Of a stretch of 64,000 bases of DNA, positions 32,565 through 46,335 are shown in pieces. Made by a program: the position numbers and the translations under genes. The stretch covers positions 496,001-560,000 of the forward strand of contig JASVEC010000013.1 of NCBI GenBank assembly GCA_030770535.1. Direction: 5' to 3'. Under the pieces are notes generated by a model. It saw only the letters and a program-made list of their open reading frames with translations. It was not told the DNA's origin and searched no databases. Numbering within the stretch: position 1 is the first letter of the stretch; each line of letters opens with the position of its first letter. The DNA is from Batkoa obscura. Its lineage: Eukaryota.

Positions 32565-35500
32565 TTAATACAGTGGTGGTGATAAAGGAGGTGTATACCC
32601 CTTCCTTTTCTCCACTTCCGCTTCCTTCCCCTCTTCCCCTCCTTCCACATTTAGTCTTATCATCTCCTTCTCTTCCATTTGATTAAACACTTCCAGTTCC
32701 AACCAATCTTCATAATTACACATAAAATCGATATCTAAATCCAAATTATCATTATCATAACCGGAATGAGCTACTAATTTAGTTAAGTTCATTTGTTTCA
32801 TTTCATTTATTAATAGCACTTCTTTTTCTCTTTCAAGGGTTGGTGAATAATATTGAGTATTTTGAACACTTCGTTTAGTACTAAATTTTGATAATGAATT
32901 CACTGATTTTGAATGGTATACTGTTTTTGTAGTACCACTGGAGCTTGTTGTTGAATTGGTATCATAGGCACTATAAGATCGTTGTGGCATTACTGGCATC
33001 ATGGAAGTCATATTACTCTTATTTGCATCACTTAAATTACTTGCATTATTACTTTCCATTGGATTTCCCATTAATAAAGTATAACATTCTATTTCAGGAT
33101 AATAATATTGATTATAGCCATTAATTAATTGCTTAATAGATAATGTTTGTTGTTCTATTGAAGAACCAAAATCATAGGGTAAGGCCCAATTTTCATTAAG
33201 TCCTTGAGTACTAGTCAGAAAGATTTGGGTAATGATTTTCATATTGTTTTGTCGCCATTTACGACCTAAAAAGGGAATTTGAGATTTAAAGATTTCCATA
33301 ATGTAATGGTTCAGTTTAGGATGTCCCACTTTTAAAACGCGTTTTAAAATAGCCTAATAGAGAATAAGTTAGTGAGGGTTGGTATAAATTGAGCTAACTT
33401 ACGGAGGATTTAAATTGAACTAGCATAGCAATTCGAGCTAATTTTTCTTTAGTTAATAAATGTAAGATTCGAAAAAAATTGATAGATGTATATATATTTC
33501 TACCCGATGGAAAGGGTAACTTTAAGCTGTTGGGTTCTTCTTTTTTATTTACATCTAATTAAGAATTATTATTAAATTTAATCTTATTAATAAAGATTGA
33601 TTTATTAATTACCTTTGATTTTATTACTTGGTTTCAATAAAGCTTTGAAAAAACTAAATAAATATTAAAAATTAATTAATTAATATTAAATAATTATTAA
33701 ATGATTATTATTTCTATAATTATAGTTGTAAGTATAATTAATTAATTCAACTTACCAAAGATGATCACATTCATTTCTTATTTTATTAAATGTATTGAAA
33801 TCTTGTAAACCATATAATTTTAATATTAATAAGATACCATTCGAATCACTTATCATTTGAGAATAATATTCAAATTTCGTTGCATGTTGAACTTTAAATC
33901 CTTTTAATAATATTAACAATATGGACGAGATTGCTTTAGCTACTATTTCTTTATGTCGAATATCATCAATTTCATCTGCTGATAAATGAATAGGTGTATC
34001 AAATGGTGGCTTTAGTTCCCCATCTTTATTACCTTTGTTAAATATTGAATTAATTAATCAATTAATTAGTATTATGTATTATATGTTATATATTATTATT
34101 ATAATAATTTACTTACCAAATGGATTTTTTTGCATTTGCATACCCATCATCATATTATCATTATTATTATTACTATTAGATTGTGGTGATGGTATTGTAG
34201 CTAACAATAATTTTAATAATACAATAACAATGGAATGAGATTCAGGCAATAAATCTATCTATAAATAAAATAATAAATTATATAATATAATATAATATAA
34301 TAACAAAATGAATCAACTTACATATAATTCTTCTATTAAATTTAATTGAAGTTTTAATATCCTATCTTCTTCTTCTTCTTGTATTTCAATTTCATTTAAT
34401 GCTATTGTTGGTGTATTTTCATTTTCATTAACTTCTTGATTATTGTTTTTATTATTTTTATTATTATAAAAATTATCTGGTAATTTGGTTTCAGGATCAT
34501 TAAATAAATCAAATAAATCAATAGAAGTATCTAATAATTGAATAAAATCTAATGGAAAATATAAATTATTAATAAATAATTCCGCTGCTTCTAGAATTGG
34601 TTTAGGAGCAATAGAATGCTGTTTTGTTAATGGTAATAAAAAAGGGGAATCAAAATTATTATTATTATTATTATTATTCATTAAATCATTGTTTAAATAG
34701 TGTTTCTGTTCCAAATTATTATTCAATATTCTCGGTGAATGAAATGCCCATTTTGCTAATGTTGGTGGCGTTGTATAATATAAATTGCTTAATTCCGAAA
34801 AACAAGATGGATATTTTTTACTAAATCTATAAAAAAATAAATTATACTCTTCTGGTTTGACTTTAGGCTGATCTAATAAATAAATAATTTAGTATAATAT
34901 AATATTAATAATATCCTTATAATGTTATTTAGTTTACCTTTACTAGGTTTTGATTTTAAGTTATAATTTTTTCTTTGAAGTTCTTTTAATTCTTTAAACG
35001 TACTTAAATCACCATAAATCGTTATTAATACTTTCCATAATAATAAAAGTACCTATCAATAATATAAATAAAAATATAATTAATTTATTATTATTATTAT
35101 TGTTATTAATATTGTATTAATTCTTGTTTAATATTAAGTTACTTACTTTTTTAATTGGATAACCTTTAAAACTTTTTTCTTTTAATTTAGATATTAAATT
35201 AAACAAAAATGGACATATTTTAGGTTCAAGTGAAACTAAATTGATTATTATTATAAATAAAATTGTTTTGATTATCATTAATAATAATGTCAACTTACCC
35301 AATTCTTCTAAAAAATTTATATTATTTTTATTCTTATTGTTTTCTTCTCTAGGTCTATTAACCTCAATTAAGAGATATAATAATGATAATAAAATACTCA
35401 ATTCCAAATTAATTTCATTCATTTGATTGGTATCAATGGTAGATCCGCTCATAAATAAACTAAATAAATATAAAATAGAACATTAAGTTTATAAATAGTA

Positions 35501-36282
35501 AATAATAAATAAACTTACTTTACTAATTTATCATGTTGCATACTAGCCATTTTTAAAGCTTCAAAATAATATTGAATTGCTCCCAATTTTTTTAATCGTT
35601 GGTTATTTTGAATTAATTGATTAACATGTTCTGTTGATGTTTCATGATCTCCAAATTGACCTATTTAATTTTAAAAAATTTAAATTACTTACATTTATTA
35701 TTATTATTATTGATTGAATTTTACCTTGAGCAAAATATAATAAACATTGACTTGCTCTGAATCTTCTATCTCTATCTGCATGTTCTAAAGATTCTAACCA
35801 AACGTGTAAAATAGTTTGGCTTTCTTGTTCTGAATTAGAATACCAATCTAATTTCAATTCCAATTTAATATCTCTTCTTTTTTAAAAAAAAAAAAGTAAA
35901 GTTAAAACTTACCACCACAAACATCTAAAAAGGTCTTTTGGTTATCAATATGTCTTGTTAATTCAGTATATGAAAAAAATTCATCAATTTCTTGAGCTAT
36001 AGAGAATTGTAAATCATAATCAAAACTTGATTTAATTTCTTTAAAATCTTCTTTTTGTTCTAAATAATCTTTAATTTGAGTAATTGTTAATGAATCTTTG
36101 ATATAGCTTTCTTCAGAAGTAGATGATATGGAAGATGGATCGGTATATTTCTTTTCTTCTTTTTTGATATTTTGGACCAAATGGTATTCCGCTTTCATCC
36201 GTTGTTGAAAGCTGGATTTACTGTTGCTAGTGTTGGTTGAGTCGAGACCAAATATAGGCTCCTTAGGAAATTGAGTACCCAT
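32565..36282 (-). CDS. FAR11: STRIPAK subunit Far11/STRIP/HAM-2 homolog (N1221 + DUF3402 domains), multi-exon
   Basis: Exon translations DSLTITQIK, EIDEFFSYTE, RFRASQCLLYFAQG, GYPIKK/VLLLW, DDIRHKEIVAKAISSILLILLK, GRKWRQNNMKIITQIF joined by GT-AG introns; exon boundaries not all resolved. Confidence 0.88.
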
Positions 36283-37304
36283 TTTTATTATTATTATATT
36301 TTTTGTTGTTTAGATGATATTTGTAACTTTTTAAAAATTATTAAACTAGTAAATAAACAAGAAGACTTAAATAAAAGTGCCATAAAAAATGCATATTAAT
36401 TTAAAAAAATCAAAATTCCAGTTTTTGTAAATTTTTGAAAGTATGACAAATTGCTTTCTCAATTCAATATTTATTTTTTCAATCGGAACCCTTATTTTAT
36501 ATCACTGATATTAATCAATACCAATGATAACAGATTCTTTTCCCTTGTCGTATTGATAAAAGTAGTCGATATGTAAATGTAGAAATATTGATTTGAGATA
36601 ATAGAATATGATTTATTTATTATAAACAGATTATTAAAGTAATAAAAAAGAGGAACTATAATAGATGAAATTGAGTAAAAAACATCATTATTATGAATTT
36701 AAGATTGTTTTATAAATTAATAGTTGAAAATATTTTAATTTTAGTTTACTAGTAATATTTTTACATTTTATGTGATATAAAAAAATAAACAAATTAGTTT
36801 AAGTTAGAAAGAAATGTAACTTTGAATTTGGGAACTTTTATGAGAATTTAAGCCAGTTTTGCCCAATTACAAATAACTGCTGAAAACTGGTTAGTTATTA
36901 GGCAAATGGTTTGAATTCTTGTTCTAGTTTTCAAATTTCAATCTGTATTATTTTTATTAAATAGACTTTTAAATTAATTTTAGAACCTTTAAAATTTTAC
37001 GCTTTTAGTTATCATATTGTTTAATAAACAATAATATAAAATAAAACATCTTATTTTTATTTTTATAGGTTCTATGACATAAACAAAATTTAAAGAATGA
37101 TATTATTAATTCAACATCACCACTTTAATAAAAATCAAATACAAGAATTAAAGTTCTCGAAAAACTTATCTAATTTTCTAAATTTAGTCAAAAGTTCTAT
37201 AAAATTCATTTCTACATCTGTTCTTGATAGATTATAATTCATTACTCCTAATTAATTTCGCTTTTCTTTTTCTCTTCATTTTTCATTTTGTTTTAAAAAA
37301 TTAA

Positions 37305-38654
37305 ATGTTAGTTACTAACCATTTCCTTCAATTACTTACTTTGTTGTTTTTATTATCATTTATAACTTCAAAACAAACAAACAATTCAATTCCATCAAAA
37401 TGTTATGATCATTACCCTACATTTAATAAAAATGGACCAAAGAGTATAATAAAATCGAATGATTGTAGTATTAATCCAAACCAACTTCAACCCCCTACTT
37501 CCCTATTGAAATCTAATTATGGTAAATATAATGGGAATCATACCATGATAACATCTTCTGACAGTAAAGTACAAGTATATTTATCTTGTGTCGGTACAAA
37601 AGATTTATGTAATAATATACAAAATGGGTTTATTTCAACGGCATTATTTTTAGAAAATATTATTAATTTTACTCAACCTATTTTAATTAAAGCTTCCTTT
37701 TATCCTTTTTGTCAAAGTATGGGACAATGTCCAGAAGGTAACTCCTATATGGTAGGTCAAGCAGGGCCATTAAGAAGTTTACCTATTTCAGATGATAAAG
37801 GAGTAGTACGATTATATCCACAATCATTACATAAACAATTAATAACTTCTAAAGAAGAAAGTACTAAATATAATCAATATGATATATTTGCTGAATTTAA
37901 CTCAGAAGCACCTTATTATTTTCCTAATTCTAAAGTCAAAGGTGGTGATAAAGTTAACTTTTTAGATGTAATTTCTCATGAGTTATTACATGGCTTAGGT
38001 TTTGCTAGTTCTATTAATGATAATTTCAATACTGGTTTAGTAACTTTCTACCCGGATATTGTATTAAAAGAAATGAAAGATTCCAAATTAATCAAAGTTC
38101 AATTTATTCAATTTATATTTGATAAATTTTTAGTAATTAGTAAAGCAGATAATTATGTAGAAAAGTATTTAAATTTATTTAATCAAAACAATTTATTGGA
38201 CCCAGTAAACCCATTAAAAGAAGGAAGTAAACTAGAAAATATAGCAAAGGAATTAACAAAACAAGTGACTATTAAAGATAATTTATTTTTTCAAATTAAT
38301 AAGGATACTTTGATTACATTAGAAACTTCCTTAGTTCCTTATGCACCAGGCTCTTCCATTTCTCATTTAGATAAATCCAAGTATTTAAATACAGCTGATT
38401 CTTTAATGTGTTATAGAATGGAAGATAAAGATATTTATCAAGTTATGAAATCAATTGGGGCTTGGAATACAGCTCCTTATGGACCAAACACATTAGCTAT
38501 CTTAGAAGCTATGGGCTATACATTAACTAAAAATCCATCTCAAGAACATTCTTATAATATGTTATATTCCCCTAATAGTCATTCATCTACTATCAATTTT
38601 AAAGTTAACTTAAGTTTTTTCTTTATACCCTTGATTTTAAGTTTAATAAATTAA
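37305..38654 (+). CDS. Secreted, probably GPI-anchored zinc metalloprotease-like protein (leishmanolysin/M8-like motifs)
   Basis: Signal peptide, HELLHGLGF, distal GSSISHLD and DSLM, hydrophobic C-terminus. Confidence 0.8.
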   Translation: MLVTNHFLQLLTLLFLLSFITSKQTNNSIPSKCYDHYPTFNKNGPKSIIKSNDCSINPNQLQPPTSLLKSNYGKYNGNHTMITSSDSKVQVYLSCVGTKDLCNNIQNGFISTALFLENIINFTQPILIKASFYPFCQSMGQCPEGNSYMVGQAGPLRSLPISDDKGVVRLYPQSLHKQLITSKEESTKYNQYDIFAEFNSEAPYYFPNSKVKGGDKVNFLDVISHELLHGLGFASSINDNFNTGLVTFYPDIVLKEMKDSKLIKVQFIQFIFDKFLVISKADNYVEKYLNLFNQNNLLDPVNPLKEGSKLENIAKELTKQVTIKDNLFFQINKDTLITLETSLVPYAPGSSISHLDKSKYLNTADSLMCYRMEDKDIYQVMKSIGAWNTAPYGPNTLAILEAMGYTLTKNPSQEHSYNMLYSPNSHSSTINFKVNLSFFFIPLILSLIN

Positions 38655-40367
38655 TCCATTTTAAAATTGAAATTCAATAACTTGAATCTTAACGAGTAGG
38701 TAGCCCCCTATCTCAATGATTTTTTTACTCACTTTTAAATTAAACAAATTCTCGAAAGGTAAGAAGCTGCTGCATTCAATTTCTTTTTAATCCCAAAGTG
38801 AAAATCATGAACTTGCGCCCTATTTTCCATTTTAACAGCGGATTTCTTTACTTCTTTCTCTACTCGGACTAAGCGTTCACGTTATCACTTCCCATTTTCC
38901 CCTATTCCCCATTGTTGTTAAAGCCATTTACTTTTTGACTAAATAAAAACATTATCTCTCGGAATAAACATCGAAATAAATGTGTAATTGATTTAATACA
39001 CAATAGTATGAAGCAATAAATAAAATAGAAGGGTCAACTTTGTTTTGAATAATTGGTATTTAGCTTCAGTTATTTAACTAGTGAGAAGATCAAATTTTCA
39101 TTTTATGAAGGAATGAAAGTGCATTGTTTAGTCCAAAATTCAAACAAAGAAGAAAAGAAATCGACATAAGAGTGGTTTACATCTTTTAGTCAAGGAAGTT
39201 ATGATGAATTCTTAATAATGACTGCAATCATAGTTCTTTAGAGAAAAAAAGTAGGCCTTAAAAAAATGATGTTTTTTGACTGGACCATGAGATAACTTAC
39301 CTGTTAAAAAAGAAACTATGTGTTAAAATGTTATGTTTTATCTTACCTATTGAAGAATTTTAAATCTCCCAAGTCTTCAAACTTTCTTCTGATATCAGAT
39401 ATAGCAACATATTTCAAAGTGTTTGTTAATTGTCTTAAATAAATCAAACCTTCCATATGAATGATTAATCTAAAAAGATAAACAAATAGGATCCAGTTTT
39501 GGTTACGAAAATCGATGAGTTTTAAAGAAATAAATCAATACTGATAACCTATTTTTTCTTAATGTTTGTGGAGGTGAGGGGTTATAGTTGATTGTTTTTT
39601 ATAATAAAAGATGTTTGTGAATAAAATTAATATACTGGAGCTAAAACTTACTAAAGGTAAGTGGAAGTATCTTACATGTATAGTTAAAGTCTTTAAAACA
39701 TGCATATATAAATTGAAGATCTAAAGCTTTTTAATATTTGTTGTTATTTTACTCAAAGGAGAGTTTATTTTGTTTTTGTTGAAACTAGAATTAACTATTT
39801 ATATAATCATAAATGGCAAATCTTGCTTTTTAGATATGTAGTATAATACTTTTTTAATGAAAATTTCTACCTATTTTTAACTTTAAAAAGTGAGTCATTG
39901 AAATGCAATTAGTATTATCATTAAAGCGTTATTAGAAAAGTAAAAAAAAGACAAATATTTACTCACTTTTGTCAATGTTGTACAAGTTAATATTTGACTT
40001 ATTCTTAAAATCAAAAGTGATAAAAATATAGATAGGTTAAATATTAAACAGCTATTGTTAAGTATAAAAACATTAAAAATCATCAATACAATCTACTAAA
40101 CCGCTAATAAAATTATTAATTTTAATGCATTTAATCATTTTTATAAATAAACTCAAGAATAATAGGCATATAATTTAATTAATAAATTACGAGTTACTCA
40201 AAGAAATTATTTAATATTTAAATAAGTAAAAAGTTGTACAAATGTTCACTTTTACCTTTAATACTATAATACATTAATCCTAATTAATTTGCTTTCATAT
40301 AAACTGTATATAAATAAAAAAATTCAAATGAATTTCTTTTATATTTCATTTTTTTTCGTTAAATAAT

Positions 40368-41711
40368 ATGTTATTTACCAATCATTTTTCTCACATACTA
40401 AGTTTATCTTTTCTATTATCAGTTTCAACATCACAACAAATAAATCCACCAACAGTGTCAAGGTGTTATGATCATTATCCAACTCATAACAAATATGGAC
40501 TAAATAGTAAGCTAAAGTCGAATAATTGTAACATTAAACCAACCCACACTTCCAGAACATTATGGAAACGATTTAATCTTGGTCGACAAGATAAAAGTTA
40601 TAGAATAATAACTCCCACATCTAATAAAGTACAAGTGTATTTTTACTGTGAGGCCACTAAAGAATTATGTAAAAACATTGAAAATGGGTTAATTTCAATG
40701 GGTGTATTTCTGGAAAATATCATCAATTTGACTCATCCTATATCAATTCAAGCTTCTTTTTATCCATTCTGTGAAGGTAAAGATGAATGTCCTGAAGGGG
40801 ACAATTATATGCTAGGTCAGGCATCACCATCAAGAAGTTTCCCAATAGCGGATGAAAAGGGAGTAATAAGATTATATCCTCAAGCATTATATAAGCAGTT
40901 AATTTCCAAGAAACCCGAGAATGTTGAGTATCATCAATATGATATCTTTGCTGAATTTAACTCCAAAGTACCTTATTATTTCCCAAATTCAAGAATTAAA
41001 GGTGGGGATAAAGCTAGTTTTTTAGATCTAATTTCTCATGAGTTATTACATGGTTTGGGTTTTGTTACCTCCATTGATGACCATTTTAATAAAGGTTTGG
41101 TTACCTTTTTGCCTGATGTTCAATCTGAAGATAAGGACTCAAAACAAATTCAAGTTAGGTTTATCCAATTTGTTTTTGATAAATTTTTAGCCTTTAATAA
41201 CCCAAATAATACGATAGAGAAATACATGCAACTATTTAACAAAAACAATTTATTGGACGCCGAAAATCCTTTAAAAGAAGGAAGTAAACTAGAAAATATA
41301 GCAAAGGAATTAACAAAACAAGTGACTATTAAAGATAATTTATTTTTTCAAATTAATAAGGATACTTTGATTACATTAGAAACTTCCTTAGTTCCTTATG
41401 CACCAGGCTCTTCCATTTCTCATTTAGATAAATCCAAGTATTTAAATACAGCTGATTCTTTAATGTGTTATAGAATGGAAGATAAAGATATTTATCAAGT
41501 TATGAAATCAATTGGGGCTTGGAATACAGCTCCTTATGGACCAAACACATTAGCTATCTTAGAAGCTATGGGCTATACATTAACTAAAAATCCATCTCAA
41601 GAACGTTCTTATGATATGTTATTTACCTTGAAGAGTTCATCATCAATTATTATTAATGATAGTAATTTGCTTTTATTTTTTATTATGTTGATTTTAAGTT
41701 TAATAAATTAA
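40368..41711 (+). CDS. Tandem paralog of the 37305 metalloprotease-like gene
   Basis: Same architecture, HELLHGLGF, GSSISHLD; identical C-terminal 111-codon block. Confidence 0.8.
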   Translation: MLFTNHFSHILSLSFLLSVSTSQQINPPTVSRCYDHYPTHNKYGLNSKLKSNNCNIKPTHTSRTLWKRFNLGRQDKSYRIITPTSNKVQVYFYCEATKELCKNIENGLISMGVFLENIINLTHPISIQASFYPFCEGKDECPEGDNYMLGQASPSRSFPIADEKGVIRLYPQALYKQLISKKPENVEYHQYDIFAEFNSKVPYYFPNSRIKGGDKASFLDLISHELLHGLGFVTSIDDHFNKGLVTFLPDVQSEDKDSKQIQVRFIQFVFDKFLAFNNPNNTIEKYMQLFNKNNLLDAENPLKEGSKLENIAKELTKQVTIKDNLFFQINKDTLITLETSLVPYAPGSSISHLDKSKYLNTADSLMCYRMEDKDIYQVMKSIGAWNTAPYGPNTLAILEAMGYTLTKNPSQERSYDMLFTLKSSSSIIINDSNLLLFFIMLILSLIN

Positions 41712-42226
41712 TCAACCTGAATCAATTTATTTTCTTTCCTTTTAATAAAGCACTTTTAAAATCGGCCTTATCTCGTTTCTTTTTCACCTCTCCACTAGTA
41801 TTTAGTATTCTACCTGACTTGTAGGATTATCCTTGTTTTTCTTTTGACTATAATAAAACACCCTATTAGGATATAATGTGTTTGATATCCTCCTAGGTTG
41901 TCTTATCTCATATAAAACTACTCTTTAATAGCAAAAACTTAACTCTAGCTTTCTTTTTCTTAATATGTCACATTCTTATTTTCCGTGAACTTTGCTCCTC
42001 CTTACTTTACAATGTGGCTATTATTGGTTCTTTCCACCACTTTTTGATTTCCTTTTTTCTGAGAGAATTCAATCAGCCAAGAGTGACCAAAATTCTGCTT
42101 TTTATATAAGACGTTTTTTGATTTGGTATTTCTCTAACTTTTAACCTCAGAAATTCCTTAAAAAAATTAAAATTCAAAGGACAAAGACTTTGAATTGATA
42201 AGATGTTTATTTTTTATAAATGAAAT

Positions 42227-44207
42227 TTATTGAAACAAATTATCTATATCTACCAACTCACAAAATTTTTTTGTTTGAGAATTTGGATACCAATTTACAA
42301 CTTTTGGTAAATTCTCAATAGGGTCTAAAGAAGTAGGAGCTTCCGTTTTAAAATTTAATGGAATAGGGATCCCCAAACAATCTTTGTTCAACTCATTTTT
42401 TTCTATAATTTCTTGTTGGCATTGTTTTATTTTACTATTAACAAATTTTTTAATTATAAAATTACAGTTTAATTCAGTATAAAATTATTACCTTTGCATA
42501 CCCTCAAAATCCTGTATTTGTTTATTTACATCATAATTATAATCCAAATTCAATAAAGGATGCAATGCTTTTGTTATAGCTAACCAATTGATATCATAAC
42601 ATAATCTACCTTTTGGTAATAAATTATATAATTCTTCGTTTGCTATTGGAACATCTATAATCTAATAAGATTAGATTAATTTTTAGTTGCTATTATTAAA
42701 TTGTTGTCATTATTACTTCAAGATATTTTCTAGTTTTTCCACCTTTGACTTGGCCACATTTATCCAGTGATAAAAACTCTGTTGTTAATGTTGGCTCTTC
42801 TTCAAATGGTCTTTTGATGCTCCCATTTGCTAACTTGAAGTTAATACAAAATATAAAATAAATGAAATGGTATTTACCATTATCTACTATCGTTTCCTCG
42901 TTATTAATTTCTTTTTGACTTAAATCGTATGAATCATCTATAAAAAATATAAAATATTATAAGACATCAAGAAACTAATTTTACCGTTACTCTTTTGTTC
43001 TTTTTTCTCTTTTATATTTGTCTTACTTTCTACATTGATTTCATCATCGTTACCCAAATCAATTTCCAATTCATCTGGATTAACTTCGATTTCATCCGAA
43101 TTTATTTTAGTTTCATCTAAATTAATCTCATCATCTTCTAAACATTAAAAAATAAACAATATTATAAATAATAATATAGCTTTGATTATATTACCAATCT
43201 TCTGATTTCTTTTATTTTGTTGTTCACCGTCATATTGACTGTTCTGGTGATAAACCGTTGCTTTAAACTTCACATGAAGGTGAGCAGAAAACCAATATTG
43301 AGGTTTTAAATGATGTAATAGATACTCACTCGCTGGGCTACCCAATTGATTTTGGAATACCTTTTTACAAAAACATCAATATTTAATATTCATTAGAATT
43401 ATTATATCAATAGCTTACATCTTGTTTAAAAAAAGGCTTTAATTTACATAATAATTGATGATTCCCATATTTTTCAATATTATTTGGCCAATCATGGGAT
43501 AACATAATATCTGGTCTTTGATTTAAAAATGATAACTTGGTTACTTCATACTCTCTTGTATGATAAACGCTCCTTAAACTTGTAGGATTATATGGTGGTC
43601 TTTCATAGTGTCCTTAGTATTGTAATGGCTTTATTCAATTTCTATAATAAAGAATAGCTAGTTAAAAACATACCTTTGAAATAATCCCCTTCTTTATAGA
43701 TCCCTGATAAGCCTGATATCCTTAGTCCATTAAAAATAACACTTCCTGCTTTACCTAAGTAATAAATGTTTTTGGCTACCCAGCCACCATAGAATCTAAC
43801 AGCTTCCATCAATCAATCGTTTTCAAAAAATAAAAATTTATCTATAACTTACAATTCGGACAAATAATTCGAAGCTTCGTGATTTCCCCCAATAAAGATG
43901 GTTAAATACTTTGCCTCTTTAGTACCATTATAATACTCATGAAAATCATTCATTTGTAAATATTTTTTTGGCACTGATAAACAGGATAAATCGTTTGAAT
44001 TCCTAATTGACTGAAAATCGCCTCCGATAAGTACTAAATCTGCTCCACCTCGTCTTTCCACTTCAGAGTAGATTTTGTTTAATTCTCCATGACAACAACC
44101 TTCAATCGCTACCTTTAAATAGAAATTTTGGTTCAGGGTTAGTAGGTTGGTTATATCGGATGGTGAATTACTTTAACTTGATTTTGAGTGACTATTGGGA
44201 TCGACAT
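42227..44207 (-). CDS. DBR1: RNA lariat debranching enzyme, about 10 exons
   Basis: Spliced [68 protein letters not shown]. Confidence 0.95.
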
Positions 44208-44510
44208 CTTTGGGGTTTTGTTGTGGTCAATATTGTGTGATTTTTTTTATAGAAATTGAATCGAGTTCGATTTTGATGCCTATTGCACTAAATTTACTTC
44301 TTTTTTTTGAAACCTCAGACTTTTGTCAATTGAAGTCAATGTCTAAAAAAAGGAATAAATAAGTATAAGAATCCAAATATAAGTTCAGATTTGTTGAACC
44401 AATAGTGTTCCCTCACTACATTTTAATTAATCTTTGCTTATAAGATTGGTTACAATGATAAAATTAGCAAAAAAATCCTTTTAACTTTTTAACAGATTAT
44501 TTATTTCATA

Positions 44511-45808
44511 AGGGTATTAAAGTTTGACCAATTGCCAGATCTCATGCTAGAGGAGGTATTCAAATTCGTATATTCAGAAGAGTTGATTGATTTATATTTT
44601 TCGAGTAAGTGTTTGTTTACTATTGCAAGCAGAGTAGTCAAAAACAATTCAATTTATTCAATATATAATCAAAAGAGGACTAAAAAATATTAAAGATACC
44701 AGAATAAACTCGTTAAAGAAAACGGAGAATTAATGGAGTATAGAAACATAACTAGCGGAGGTATTGAATACTCAAATCAATGTCCAAATCTAAAGTCTAT
44801 CAATTATGAAAATTTATTTGGTAGTAAGGATGTTAAATTAAATACCGAGTTTCGGAATTCAAAAAACTTGGTCTGGATGCTAATGATGATGCACAGTTAT
44901 TGGAATTATTCGGTGAATGTTTAGATAAACTTGAGTCATTTAAATATAGGACAATTGATACTTCAATCTTCGATTATATTAAATGTTTGAATCTAGATAA
45001 ATTAAAGCCACTTTAGTTAAACTTCTAGAGATTTGGATCTTAATGGGTTAGACCAAATTAAAACAAGATTTAATAAGCTGAAAGTATTTAAGTTGGATTA
45101 ATTTCATTATTAATGTAATCTGGTCAATCTAAATTCAAATATAACTTTTAACCTTAATTTAGAGCTGTTATTTAAAGATAATTTTTATGATTTTGATATA
45201 AAGTGTTTAGGAGACTTGAAGCAGCTTAAGAGTTTAGAAGTAATAGATACTATTAACTTGAATTTATCTACTAATAATGGCTGTAATGAGGTGGAGCTAA
45301 TCGAAGAGAGCAACATAGTTGCTTTAGATAACTTTAACCCAAAAAATAACATCAGTTATAACTTTTTTAAAATACCAATTTTAAAAGAGACTTATTATCT
45401 AGCAACTGTCATTAAGGTTAGTAAAAGCCATTCCTTTAATTCCAAATATTCAAACTATTCATTTTTCTCATATCACTTGTGATAAGCAACTATTTGATAA
45501 TGTTGAGTTTAATAATGATCTTTTTTATAACTAAGGGTATAGTTTAGTTAAGTTTAGCTCTGTGAATTAAATTCAAGTTCAGAACTATACTATTACAATA
45601 GAAGAATTCGTTTATTTTATATCTTCATTCTCAAACCTTGAAATTGCTAGAAGAGATATTTTTAGTTAAAAAACAAGATGTTGAATTTTATTTTGAACAT
45701 ATTTTTATTACTCATTTATTACTTGTAACACGTTTTCATAAATATAATGAAGATGGTTATAACCAATTATTAAATTATATCCCATCGTTGCTTTAGGTAA
45801 AATCATAA
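44511..45808 (+). pseudogene. F-box/LRR-like gene family member A, decayed
   Basis: (agg)VLKFDQLPDLMLEEVFKFV F-box-like N-terminus with the start codon lost, in-frame stops and frameshifts; collinear with the 46416 and 54342 copies. Confidence 0.75.
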
Positions 45809-46243
45809 TGAACTAGCTTTTAATAATAAACGACTATCTCTTAATAAGAATAAACTAGCCTTTAATAAAAATCAAGTTCCAATATTCCAACTATTTTTGA
45901 ATGTAAGTGACATTATATCTAATTATGCCTTGTAATAAGTACCTTAATAAATAAATAAGTTCCAAATAGCTCAAATTCTTCTGATAATATACACTTCTAA
46001 GCAAAAAATTCAAATGAAGTTTTTTATTGTTTTTATAAGCTGAATAATATAATAAAATCTATTATATAAAATAATAATATTTTTTTAATTTTACTCAAAT
46101 TATTACAAAACAAAATATTTAAGCACTATCTATCTATGGTCAGAATTGTAATGAAAATAAGAATAAGGCAAGAAATGGAAATTCAAAAGCAGAAATAGAT
46201 GTACTTAACCAATAATCTTCCGTTTACGCAACATTTTTTGTAT

Positions 46244-46335
46244 GTGGATGTCTTTAGGTTTCAATTAGTTTTCCATTTTTTAGCGCTACTGAGTGGAAAA
46301 ATTGTTGTTGGGATTCTTAGTAAAAAGACATTCAC
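46244..46335 (-). mobile_element. MITE copy 9 (degenerate)
   Basis: gtggatgtcttt...tttccattttttagcgctactgagtggaaaaattgtt...acattcac. Confidence 0.7.

Noticed and set aside
42227..44207. Non-canonical (U12 or AT-AC) introns in DBR1, DPH4 or FAR11
   Set aside because: All junctions I resolved are ordinary GT-AG
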